The notes under the pieces are model-generated. The model saw only the letters and a list, made by a program, of their open reading frames with translations, did not search any database and had not been told where the DNA came from. Below are positions 25,999 to 33,732 of a stretch of DNA of 56,390 nucleotides, one piece after another (the stretch's first letter is position 1; every line of letters starts with the position of its first letter). The position numbers and the translations under genes were made by a program. The DNA is from Candidatus Uhrbacteria bacterium (lineage in GTDB: Bacteria; Patescibacteriota; Patescibacteriia; GWA2-47-26), in contig JACPJN010000005.1 in NCBI GenBank assembly GCA_016187515.1, positions 1-56,390 on the forward strand, in the 5' to 3' direction.

Positions 25999-27624
25999 AT
26001 GTCCAAATTTATTTTCGTCGTCGGCGGGGTGATGTCCGGGGTGGGCAAGGGGACGGCCGCGGCCTCCATTGGAAAAATTTTGCAAAGCAAGGGGTTTGCC
26101 GTTACCGCCCTGAAGATTGACCCTTACATTAACGTGGACGCGGGCACGATGAATCCGGTGGAACACGGCGAGGTTTTTGTTACCGACGATGGGGACGAGA
26201 CGGATCAAGATATTGGGACCTACGAGAGGTTTTTGGATACGACAATCAGTTCGGTAAATTACATGACCACCGGCCGAGTGTATCAGACCGTGATTGAGCG
26301 CGAGCGGAATTTGGAATATGGAGGGAAGTGCGTGGAAGTGGTTCCGCATGTGCCGGAAGAAGTGATCCGGCGCATTCGCCTTGCCGCCAAACGCGCCAAG
26401 GCCGACATTACGCTTATTGAAGTGGGCGGAACGGTCGGGGAATACCAGAATATCTTATTTTTGGAAGCGGCGCGCATGATGAAACTGGCTGCTCCGCGCG
26501 AGGTGCTGTTTGTGCTGGTGTCTTATCTTCCGATTCCGGGCAATTTGGGGGAAATGAAGACCAAGCCCACCCAATATGCCTCCCGCACCCTTAACTCCGC
26601 CGGAATTCAGGCCGATATTGTAATCGCGCGTTCGGAGCGTCCTTTAGATGAACCGCGGCGCAGGAAGCTCGCCATGTTTTGCGGTGTTGCCGCGCAGGAT
26701 ATTGTTTCCGCGCCCGACGTTGATTCCATCTACAAAGTGCCGCTCAATTTTGAAAAACAGCGTTTAGCCGAACTGATTCTGGCCAAGTTTGCCATGAAGG
26801 TCCGCCGCGGCCGGGACATGAGCGATTGGAAGAAAATGGTACGCACCGCGGAGCACGCCAAACGCACGGTGCGCATCGGGGTGATTGGCAAGTATTTTTC
26901 CACCGGTGACTTTACGCTCTCCGACGTATATCTTTCGGTGATTGAAGCGCTTAAACACGCGGCCTGGTTTCATCGCGTAAAGCCGGAACTCCTCTGGCTG
27001 AATTCGGAAGCGTATGAAAAAAATCCCGCCCTGCTTAAAGAGCTGGACGATCTTGACGGCGTAGTGATTCCCGGCGGTTTTGGCACGCGGGGAGTAGAGG
27101 GGAAGATCGCGGCCATTCAGTACGTGCGCACGCGTAAAATTCCGTATCTGGGATTATGCTACGGCATGCAACTGGCGGTCGTGGAATTTGCCCGTCATGT
27201 CGCGGGTCTGAAAGACGCCAATACCGCCGAGATTAAGCCGGATGTCATTACGCCGGTTATTCACATCATGCTCGGGCAAGAAAAAATTATGGCTACCAAA
27301 AAATACGGCGGGACCATGCGGCTCGGCGCGTATCCGTGCGTACTTCATGCTCACTCCATCGCGCGGAAGGCCTATGGCGCGCGCGCGATCTCGGAACGCC
27401 ATCGTCATCGCTACGAACTTAACAATAAATATCGGCCGCTTTTTGAAAAAAGGGGCCTGCTGATCGCCGGGACCTCGCCGGACCGCAAACTCGTGGAAAT
27501 TATAGAACTTCCGCAGCACCCGTTTTTTGTGGGCACGCAATTTCATCCGGAATTTAAGTCCCGCCCGACCCGTCCGCACCCGCTTTTCCGGGAATTCATC
27601 CGTGCCGCGATGAGAAATCGGTAG
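25999..27624 (+). CDS. pyrG: CTP synthase
   Basis: GGVMSGVGKG, KIDPYINVDAGTM, GLCYGMQ and QFHPEF motifs. Confidence 0.98.
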   Translation: MSKFIFVVGGVMSGVGKGTAAASIGKILQSKGFAVTALKIDPYINVDAGTMNPVEHGEVFVTDDGDETDQDIGTYERFLDTTISSVNYMTTGRVYQTVIERERNLEYGGKCVEVVPHVPEEVIRRIRLAAKRAKADITLIEVGGTVGEYQNILFLEAARMMKLAAPREVLFVLVSYLPIPGNLGEMKTKPTQYASRTLNSAGIQADIVIARSERPLDEPRRRKLAMFCGVAAQDIVSAPDVDSIYKVPLNFEKQRLAELILAKFAMKVRRGRDMSDWKKMVRTAEHAKRTVRIGVIGKYFSTGDFTLSDVYLSVIEALKHAAWFHRVKPELLWLNSEAYEKNPALLKELDDLDGVVIPGGFGTRGVEGKIAAIQYVRTRKIPYLGLCYGMQLAVVEFARHVAGLKDANTAEIKPDVITPVIHIMLGQEKIMATKKYGGTMRLGAYPCVLHAHSIARKAYGARAISERHRHRYELNNKYRPLFEKRGLLIAGTSPDRKLVEIIELPQHPFFVGTQFHPEFKSRPTRPHPLFREFIRAAMRNR

Positions 27625-27637
27625 AAAATACAATCGC

Positions 27638-27777
27638 TTGACCCCGCGCCTTAAGGCGGATATGTAAAATGAAAAATGCGGAGAGCGAGACAGTCTTTGA
27701 TTACAGGGCATAGCCCCGCACACGATTGTACCCCACGGCGTGTTGCGCCGAAGTCCGCTTAAGGCGCGGGGTTGACA
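27638..27777. mobile_element. REPIN/MITE-like element, copy 1
   Basis: Ends TTGACCCCGCGCCTTAAGGCGGA and TCCGCTTAAGGCGCGGGGTTGACA; second copy at 32737..32878. Confidence 0.75.
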
Positions 27778-27870
27778 CGCTATTATTCTTGCGTTAGGAT
27801 AAGAAATCGTATCCTGTCAATGGTGGCCGGGATGCGGGTTCCTTTTTTGCGCAACAAGATGGAGGAGAAC

Positions 27871-29967
27871 ATGAACGGTAAAGAGTTGCCGATTTGGGCG
27901 GTCATGCCGCAAGTACTCGCTCCTCTGCGGGAGGGGCGCAATGTCGTCGTTACGTCTCCGACCGGTTCCGGGAAGACCACGCAGGTTCCGCAGGCCATCC
28001 TTGATTCCGGGCTTGCCTATGACGGTATGATTTTCGCGGTTCAGTCACGGCGGGTCGCGTGCCGGGCTGCCGCGGTGCGCGTGGCCGAAGAGCGTGGCGC
28101 ACAGCTAGGTCGGGAGATTGGCTACATTGTTCGGTACGATAGGAAAACGTCCGAAGGTACGCAGATTTGCTTTGTAACCGATGGCGTGCTGATGCGTTTC
28201 CTGGAGAAGGATCCGGAACTGCGCAAAGTGAGCGTCGTCATTCTGGATGAGTTCCATGAGCGGCGGATGTTGTCCGATGCGGCGCTCGCGCTGATGCGGC
28301 AGGTGCAGAAGAAGCGCACGAACCTGCGGCTTGTCGCGATGTCGGCCACCCTCGATACGCTCGCGGTGCAGAAATTTCTTGATGCCGCGGTGGTGGACTC
28401 CGGAGGGGAAAAACTTTTCCCGATCGAGATCCGCCAATTCGGGAGAAGGCCGTTAACCAGGATGCTTCCGGAACAGATCGCAACGAGCGTACGCAACCTG
28501 TGCAGTAGCGGGAAATCCGGTCACATTTTGGTATTCCTTCCGGGCAAGGCCCTTATCCAAGATACGCGGCAAATGCTTACGCGCCGGGCCGAAAGATTTC
28601 CAAAGGAGTTTGCCAATACGGTCGTATTGCCGCTTCACGCGGAGCTTTCCGAAGAGGAACAGGATCGGGTCTTTAAGCCGACTGCGGAGCGCAAGATTAT
28701 TCTCGCGACCAACGTGGCCGAGACCTCGCTGACCATTCCCGGAGTGACCATGGTGGTTGATTCGGGATTGGAGCGTCGCGCGCGGTACTCTCCGCACAGC
28801 AGTATTACGCACTTGGGGATTGTTCCGATCTCCAAGGCATCCGCCACCCAGCGTACCGGCCGGTGCGGCCGCGAAGCGCCCGGGATTTGCGTGCGGCTGT
28901 GGTCGGCGAGCGAACATGCGCGCCTTGAAGCGCTGACGCCCCCGGAAATTCGGCGTACGGATGTGGGTGGACTGGTACTGTCGCTCAAAGCCGTAGGTGT
29001 CAATGAAGTTGGGAAGTTCCAATTTTTTGAGCCGCCTTCGGAAGAGCGACTCGCGAAAGCGCAAGAGTTGCTCACGAGATTGGGCGCGCTTGATCAAGGG
29101 GGAGGTCTGACCAAGATTGGTTGGAAAATGCTCCGCCTGCCGCTTCCCCCAAGACAGGCCAGAATGGTGGTTGAAGCACGAAAGAGCCGATGTCTGAAGA
29201 TGGTGTCAACGATTGCCTCTTGCATGCTTGATCCCTCAATTTTCGCGCGGCCGATGGGAAAGCGTGAATGGGCGCAAGATCAGCATCGCTCGTTCGCGAT
29301 TGATGATACCTCGGATTGCTTCAGTTTCCTTCAGCTCGTTCGCGAGGCCGATCATTTTAAGTTCAGTCCGGAGTGGTGTACGCGGCATGCAATCAATCGA
29401 AGCGCGCTTCTTGAGGCGTGGCGGTTGCGTTGGCATGTAATGCGCGCGGTGCATCGGATTGATCCAATGCATGTGGCGCCCGGACGAGAGCCCCACTTGC
29501 CTTCGCTTAGGGAACAGCGCGCGGTAATCCGCCGTTGTATTGCCGCCGGACTGGTGGACCGGGTTGCGCGGCGCGTGGCGCCCGGGCGGTACGAGCTTTG
29601 CACCGGAGCTGTCGTGGACCTTGACCAGGGCTCGGTGGTTGATGCGGAGTGGATCGTTGCCGGAGATATGCGCAAGGTGGGTACCACCAAAAAAGCGCCG
29701 GTTCGAATTTCGCTTGCCACCATGGTAGACCTTCCGATGATGGAGCAATTGGCGCCAACGCTCTTTCGAAGCAGTCGCGAGGTGATTGAGCGCTACCCGC
29801 TTACCAAGACCGCGCGGGTGCGTCGTGAACGCCGCTATCTGAACCTTGTTCTTGAGCAGGAGGAAGGATTGGTCGCGGACGGAAACGCCGGCGGAGAAAG
29901 CGGGCTTGCAAAACGCCTGGCGCCGCTCTCCGAGGCCGTTGCGCGGCTTACCGGAAAAACCAAGTAG
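27871..29967 (+). CDS. hrpB: HrpB/HrpA-like DEAH-box RNA helicase
   Basis: SPTGSGKTT, DEFHER, MSAT, ATNVAETSLTIPG and QRTGRCGR motifs; GGAGG SD before ATG 27871. Confidence 0.85.
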   Translation: MNGKELPIWAVMPQVLAPLREGRNVVVTSPTGSGKTTQVPQAILDSGLAYDGMIFAVQSRRVACRAAAVRVAEERGAQLGREIGYIVRYDRKTSEGTQICFVTDGVLMRFLEKDPELRKVSVVILDEFHERRMLSDAALALMRQVQKKRTNLRLVAMSATLDTLAVQKFLDAAVVDSGGEKLFPIEIRQFGRRPLTRMLPEQIATSVRNLCSSGKSGHILVFLPGKALIQDTRQMLTRRAERFPKEFANTVVLPLHAELSEEEQDRVFKPTAERKIILATNVAETSLTIPGVTMVVDSGLERRARYSPHSSITHLGIVPISKASATQRTGRCGREAPGICVRLWSASEHARLEALTPPEIRRTDVGGLVLSLKAVGVNEVGKFQFFEPPSEERLAKAQELLTRLGALDQGGGLTKIGWKMLRLPLPPRQARMVVEARKSRCLKMVSTIASCMLDPSIFARPMGKREWAQDQHRSFAIDDTSDCFSFLQLVREADHFKFSPEWCTRHAINRSALLEAWRLRWHVMRAVHRIDPMHVAPGREPHLPSLREQRAVIRRCIAAGLVDRVARRVAPGRYELCTGAVVDLDQGSVVDAEWIVAGDMRKVGTTKKAPVRISLATMVDLPMMEQLAPTLFRSSREVIERYPLTKTARVRRERRYLNLVLEQEEGLVADGNAGGESGLAKRLAPLSEAVARLTGKTK

Positions 29968-29990
29968 AAAAATCCGTCCATCATGGCGGT

Positions 29991-30023
29991 GAGGTCGCAG
30001 AATATCGCGACCTCTTTTTTATT
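29991..30023 (+). terminator. Rho-independent terminator
   Basis: GAGGTCGC..GCGACCTC followed by a T-tract. Confidence 0.75.
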
Positions 30024-30118
30024 GAGGGGTCACTCCGGTGGGGTGTTGATAAGTGATTATTAAGTGTGGTATACTCAATTTGACAGGAATCTAAGCAGAT
30101 GGTAAAAGGATAAGCGAT

Positions 30119-30340
30119 ATGGGCATTGAGAATACATTCTATCTTTTTGCAAAGCCTTCATTTATTGAAGGAGTTGGGCGCGTACTTGACTTAGGTGGAG
30201 TACTTGATACCTATAACATCAGTACAACCCCAGCCGAAGCAGATGCCAAGGCACTCCGCACTGATTGGATGGCAGTCGGTAATGATCTAAGGAGTGCCAT
30301 GCAACAATATGCAAGCCAATTCTCCGGCGTCGCAAGATGA
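30119..30340 (+). CDS. Small hypothetical protein paired with the DUF2335-like gene
   Basis: PSFIEGVGRVLDLGG..ADAKALRTDW.AVGNDL; overlaps the next gene. Confidence 0.7.
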   Translation: MGIENTFYLFAKPSFIEGVGRVLDLGGVLDTYNISTTPAEADAKALRTDWMAVGNDLRSAMQQYASQFSGVAR

Positions 30341-30716
30341 ACGACGTATCTTTTCCGCTACTCAAGAATTACATGTGGGTCCTCTTCCGAAGCCGCAAGA
30401 TTTCGAGTATTATGAGCGAGTGTTGCCCGGAGCTGCTCAAAGAATACTCGCGATGGCGGAACAGCAATCAATGCATCGGCGCAAGCAAGAAAATCGCGTG
30501 ATCCTGGGAGATTTGATAAAATCGGCAGTCGGGCTCCTTTTTGGATTTTTGATAGGTATGGCGAGCATTATAGGAGGGATTTGGTTGGTATATCAAGGTA
30601 AATCAGTAACAGGAGGGTTTATTAGTTTTACAGGCGTTGCAGCATTGACAAGTGTTTTTGTCTATGGTTCTCAACAACGCAGGAGAGAACGCGAAGAACG
30701 ACGAATTACTAATTGA
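30309..30716 (+). CDS. DUF2335-like membrane protein
   Basis: GPLP.P..YERVLPGAAQRILAMAEQQ.HR followed by 2 TM. Confidence 0.8.
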   Translation: MQANSPASQDERRIFSATQELHVGPLPKPQDFEYYERVLPGAAQRILAMAEQQSMHRRKQENRVILGDLIKSAVGLLFGFLIGMASIIGGIWLVYQGKSVTGGFISFTGVAALTSVFVYGSQQRRREREERRITN

Positions 30717-30833
30717 ACGATTATAATAATAGAGAAAAAAACGGCCCGCAAAAACATCGCGGTCCATTTTCTTATAAACTGCCCTCGCGATCTTGACGGA
30801 AAGCATAGGAGGCGGTACTATCCTTTTGCTCAC

Positions 30834-31349
30834 AGGGAACTGGATGGTCGCTGCCCCGTGCTTAAGGCGGGGGAGAGGAAAGTCCGGACACCCTCCGCAG
30901 CAATGCGGAGAAAAAGGTACCAGCTAACGGCTGGGCATCTTGACCGGGATAACTCCGACGCTTCGGTCGGAGAAAAACCGGCTGACGGACAGTGCTACAG
31001 AGACCATACTACCCGAGCGTCACCCACTCTCTCCTCCCAGTGTGGGTTAATAGCCCCACTGGTCAGGGTGGCGTTGGGGAAAGGTGAAAAGTGAGGTGGT
31101 GTTGAATTATGTGCTTCGCCCAAAAGGTGGCGCATGTAAAACGGCTACACCTCTTCCCGGCAGGCAACTGTCGCGGAGGAAAACCCTACCTGGTGCAAGG
31201 CCTAGAGCCGCTTGAGCCCAATCGCGAGGTTGGGCCTAGAGGAATGACCGTCGCCTTTTGCGCAGGGCCTTGTTTGGCAAGTATCCGCAAGGATACTTAG
31301 TCAGCCGAAGCTTTGGCAGGAGGAACAGGATCCGGCTTATAGGTTCCTT
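30834..31349 (+). ncRNA. rnpB: RNase P RNA, enlarged (about 515 nt)
   Basis: GAGGAAAGTCC at 30875, CAGTGCTACAGA, AAACCC...GCAAG and ACAGGATCCGGCTTAT; P1 GGAAC/GTTCC; promoter TTGACG-17-TACTAT. Confidence 0.93.
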
Positions 31350-31389
31350 GTGAGCGTTTTTGACGTTTTTCAAACGGAAGGGGAACGGA

Positions 31390-31593
31390 ATGTCTGCAAA
31401 AAGAAAAAAGAAGGCAAGAGGTCAGCCATTGCCACAGGAATCCATACCACAGAAGAGTGGCCCCCCCGCAGTGATAAAGGATGCGGACGGCAATGTGGTT
31501 CGTTTGGTTGCTACGCCCGAGCAGGAAAAGGAGGTTCTACGGAAAATCGTGAGAATACTGCTTGGCTCAACCTCATCATCCTCTTCTAAATAA
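31390..31593 (+). CDS. Small basic hypothetical protein
   Basis: ATG 31390 after a purine-rich SD-like stretch. Confidence 0.45.
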   Translation: MSAKRKKKARGQPLPQESIPQKSGPPAVIKDADGNVVRLVATPEQEKEVLRKIVRILLGSTSSSSSK

Positions 31594-31775
31594 GGTGGCA
31601 CTGCGGTACCTATTCATCAATCAACGCGCGCCAATTGGGGCGAGCGTGCTCTTTCTCGCCCGGCATGAATGTGTTGGGCGCTTTTCTTTTTTAGGTACAG
31701 GTGCTTGACACGCACCACTTGGTGTGTAATAATGCGGACATGCTCTTTGATATATGAGCAGGAAAGGAGACGATC

Positions 31776-32672
31776 GTGATAAATACCGTGCTGGTTGGGA
31801 TTTTGTTCTTCATTGTGGTTGCAAGCCTTCTCACGATCGTGAGTTGGATTGCCGCGAGGTTTGCGCAACTCTATCCAAAGAAGGAAGGGCTTTTTGCCGC
31901 CGGGTCGAAGCAGTCTCATTCTGACGAAGCGCGCCCGCTCTCTCTCGCTCAAAAGGTATTGATAGGGGTGGTGTTAGTTCTGACTACGATTGTTGTACAA
32001 GTCATTGAGCAGAGAACCGGTCTCCGTATCTTTCTCATCGCCAGTTACTGGTGTGGGGTTCGGTTGCTTGTATTGCTTGTGCAAGAAACGATGGGCGACT
32101 CGCGCAACTCCGTTGTTTGGTGTGTTACATCATGGAGTATCCCAACCATTATTACGGCCGGATGGATGGGATTTCCCAATTGGGTAACGCTCAACAGCAC
32201 CGGCATAATGATAGTGTGCGCAATGTTGATTACCATGCGGCATATTTCGCCTCGCGCGGTGGTCATTATTTCGTTTGTGATCATGGTGTTCGACATCGTT
32301 GCGGTCTACGCCTCGGACATCATGCTCAAGATAGTAGGAGTGTATGACGGAATGCCCGGAATGCTTTGGGTGCCAAAGGATTGGTCGCTTGCTGGAGGGT
32401 TTGGAGTACAGAATAGAATCATGGATCTTGGGTTGGGCGACTTGTTTTTTCCGGGCCTTTCCATGATATATATCGCGCGGATCGCGCTTGAGAAGAATGC
32501 AATCGCGTCGGTTGTCGGCGCGTATCTTGGATACATTTTCGGCGGCGCAATTGCGATGAGCGTCTCTGCGGTAACCCACACGGGGCAACCGGCCACGATC
32601 TTTCTCATCCCCGCGGTGTTTGTCGGATACCGACTGGGAAATGCACTTGCGCAACCGCAGGTTGCGCAATAG
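31776..32672 (+). CDS. Presenilin/signal-peptide-peptidase-like intramembrane aspartyl protease
   Basis: VFDIVAVY (YD-like), LGLGDLFFPG (GxGD), QPAT (PAL-like), about 9 TM. Confidence 0.8.
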   Translation: MINTVLVGILFFIVVASLLTIVSWIAARFAQLYPKKEGLFAAGSKQSHSDEARPLSLAQKVLIGVVLVLTTIVVQVIEQRTGLRIFLIASYWCGVRLLVLLVQETMGDSRNSVVWCVTSWSIPTIITAGWMGFPNWVTLNSTGIMIVCAMLITMRHISPRAVVIISFVIMVFDIVAVYASDIMLKIVGVYDGMPGMLWVPKDWSLAGGFGVQNRIMDLGLGDLFFPGLSMIYIARIALEKNAIASVVGAYLGYIFGGAIAMSVSAVTHTGQPATIFLIPAVFVGYRLGNALAQPQVAQ

Positions 32673-32736
32673 CTTCCGCCCGGCGCTCTCTGCGCTGTGG
32701 CGGACTTTTTTATTTATTCAATAAATGCTACAATGT

Positions 32737-32878
32737 TTGACCCCGCGCCTTAAGGCGGACATGTAAATATAGGGTAACTCAAAAACCAGGTGAACTTTAA
32801 TTGTATCCCTGAACTTACTCATAAAATTGCACCAAGCGGCGCCTTGCGCCGAAGTCCGCTTAAGGCGCGGGGTTGACA
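32737..32878. mobile_element. REPIN/MITE-like element, copy 2
   Basis: Same ends as 27638..27777, with an unrelated middle. Confidence 0.75.
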
Positions 32879-32958
32879 GCCGAGCCAAAGGGTGGTAGGT
32901 TGAAAGGTCCTTTGACAATAATGGGCAACAGGCCCAAAAACAGAAAGGTAGAAAACCC

Positions 32959-33678
32959 ATGTATTCCGACATGGAGGCGCGGCTGGCCGCGCTGGAACAA
33001 CGACTGGGCGTGGAGTTCAAGGATCGCAAGCTACTGCTGGAGGCGGTAACGCACCGTTCCTACCTGAATGAAAATCGGAGGCATCCGGTAGGGCACAACG
33101 AGCTTTTGGAGTTCTTGGGCGACTCGGCGCTTGAACTCGCCATCACCGAGTACTTGTTCAAAAGGTTCCGCGGCAAGGAAACCGAAGGTGTGCTTACCAA
33201 CTTTCGCGCCGCACTCGTCAATCTGGATTCGTGCGCCACTATCGCCATCGAGTTGAAGCTCGACGAAGCGATCCTCATGTCGCGCGGAGAAGTCAAGTCA
33301 GGGCGCGGTTCCAAGAGTTGGCGCGTCATCATGGGTAACGCCATGGAAGCAGTGCTTGGCGCGATCCTCGTGGATCAAGGAATCGGCGCGGTGCGGCTGG
33401 TGGTGGATGCGCTTTTCAGCGCGCGTTTTTCCCAGATCGTCGCGCGCCACGAGGATCCCAAGAGCGAACTTCAGGAGTTGGTGCAGGATCGTCAAAGCAT
33501 CACTCCGCATTACAGTGTGGTGCGCGAGTGGGGCCCGGATCACGCGCGCCATTTTCGGATGGCGGTGTATGTGGGCTCCATGAAGATCGGGGAAGGGGAA
33601 GGAGATTCCAAGCACGAAGCGGAAAAACAGGCGGCGCGGGCAGCTCTCAAAACCATCAACCGTCAAAGTGACGCTTGA
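32959..33678 (+). CDS. rnc: Ribonuclease III
   Basis: THRSY, NELLEFLGD, EAVLGAI and a dsRBD (DPKSELQE..GPDH..EAEKQAA). Confidence 0.95.
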   Translation: MYSDMEARLAALEQRLGVEFKDRKLLLEAVTHRSYLNENRRHPVGHNELLEFLGDSALELAITEYLFKRFRGKETEGVLTNFRAALVNLDSCATIAIELKLDEAILMSRGEVKSGRGSKSWRVIMGNAMEAVLGAILVDQGIGAVRLVVDALFSARFSQIVARHEDPKSELQELVQDRQSITPHYSVVREWGPDHARHFRMAVYVGSMKIGEGEGDSKHEAEKQAARAALKTINRQSDA

Positions 33679-33732
33679 GGTAGCGGGGCATTGCCCCCCT
33701 GCCTTAAGCGCCTCTGGAGAAAGGAAAACAAC

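Noticed and set aside
30858-31300. Short ORFs at 30858 and 31109
   Set aside because: They lie within the RNase P RNA.
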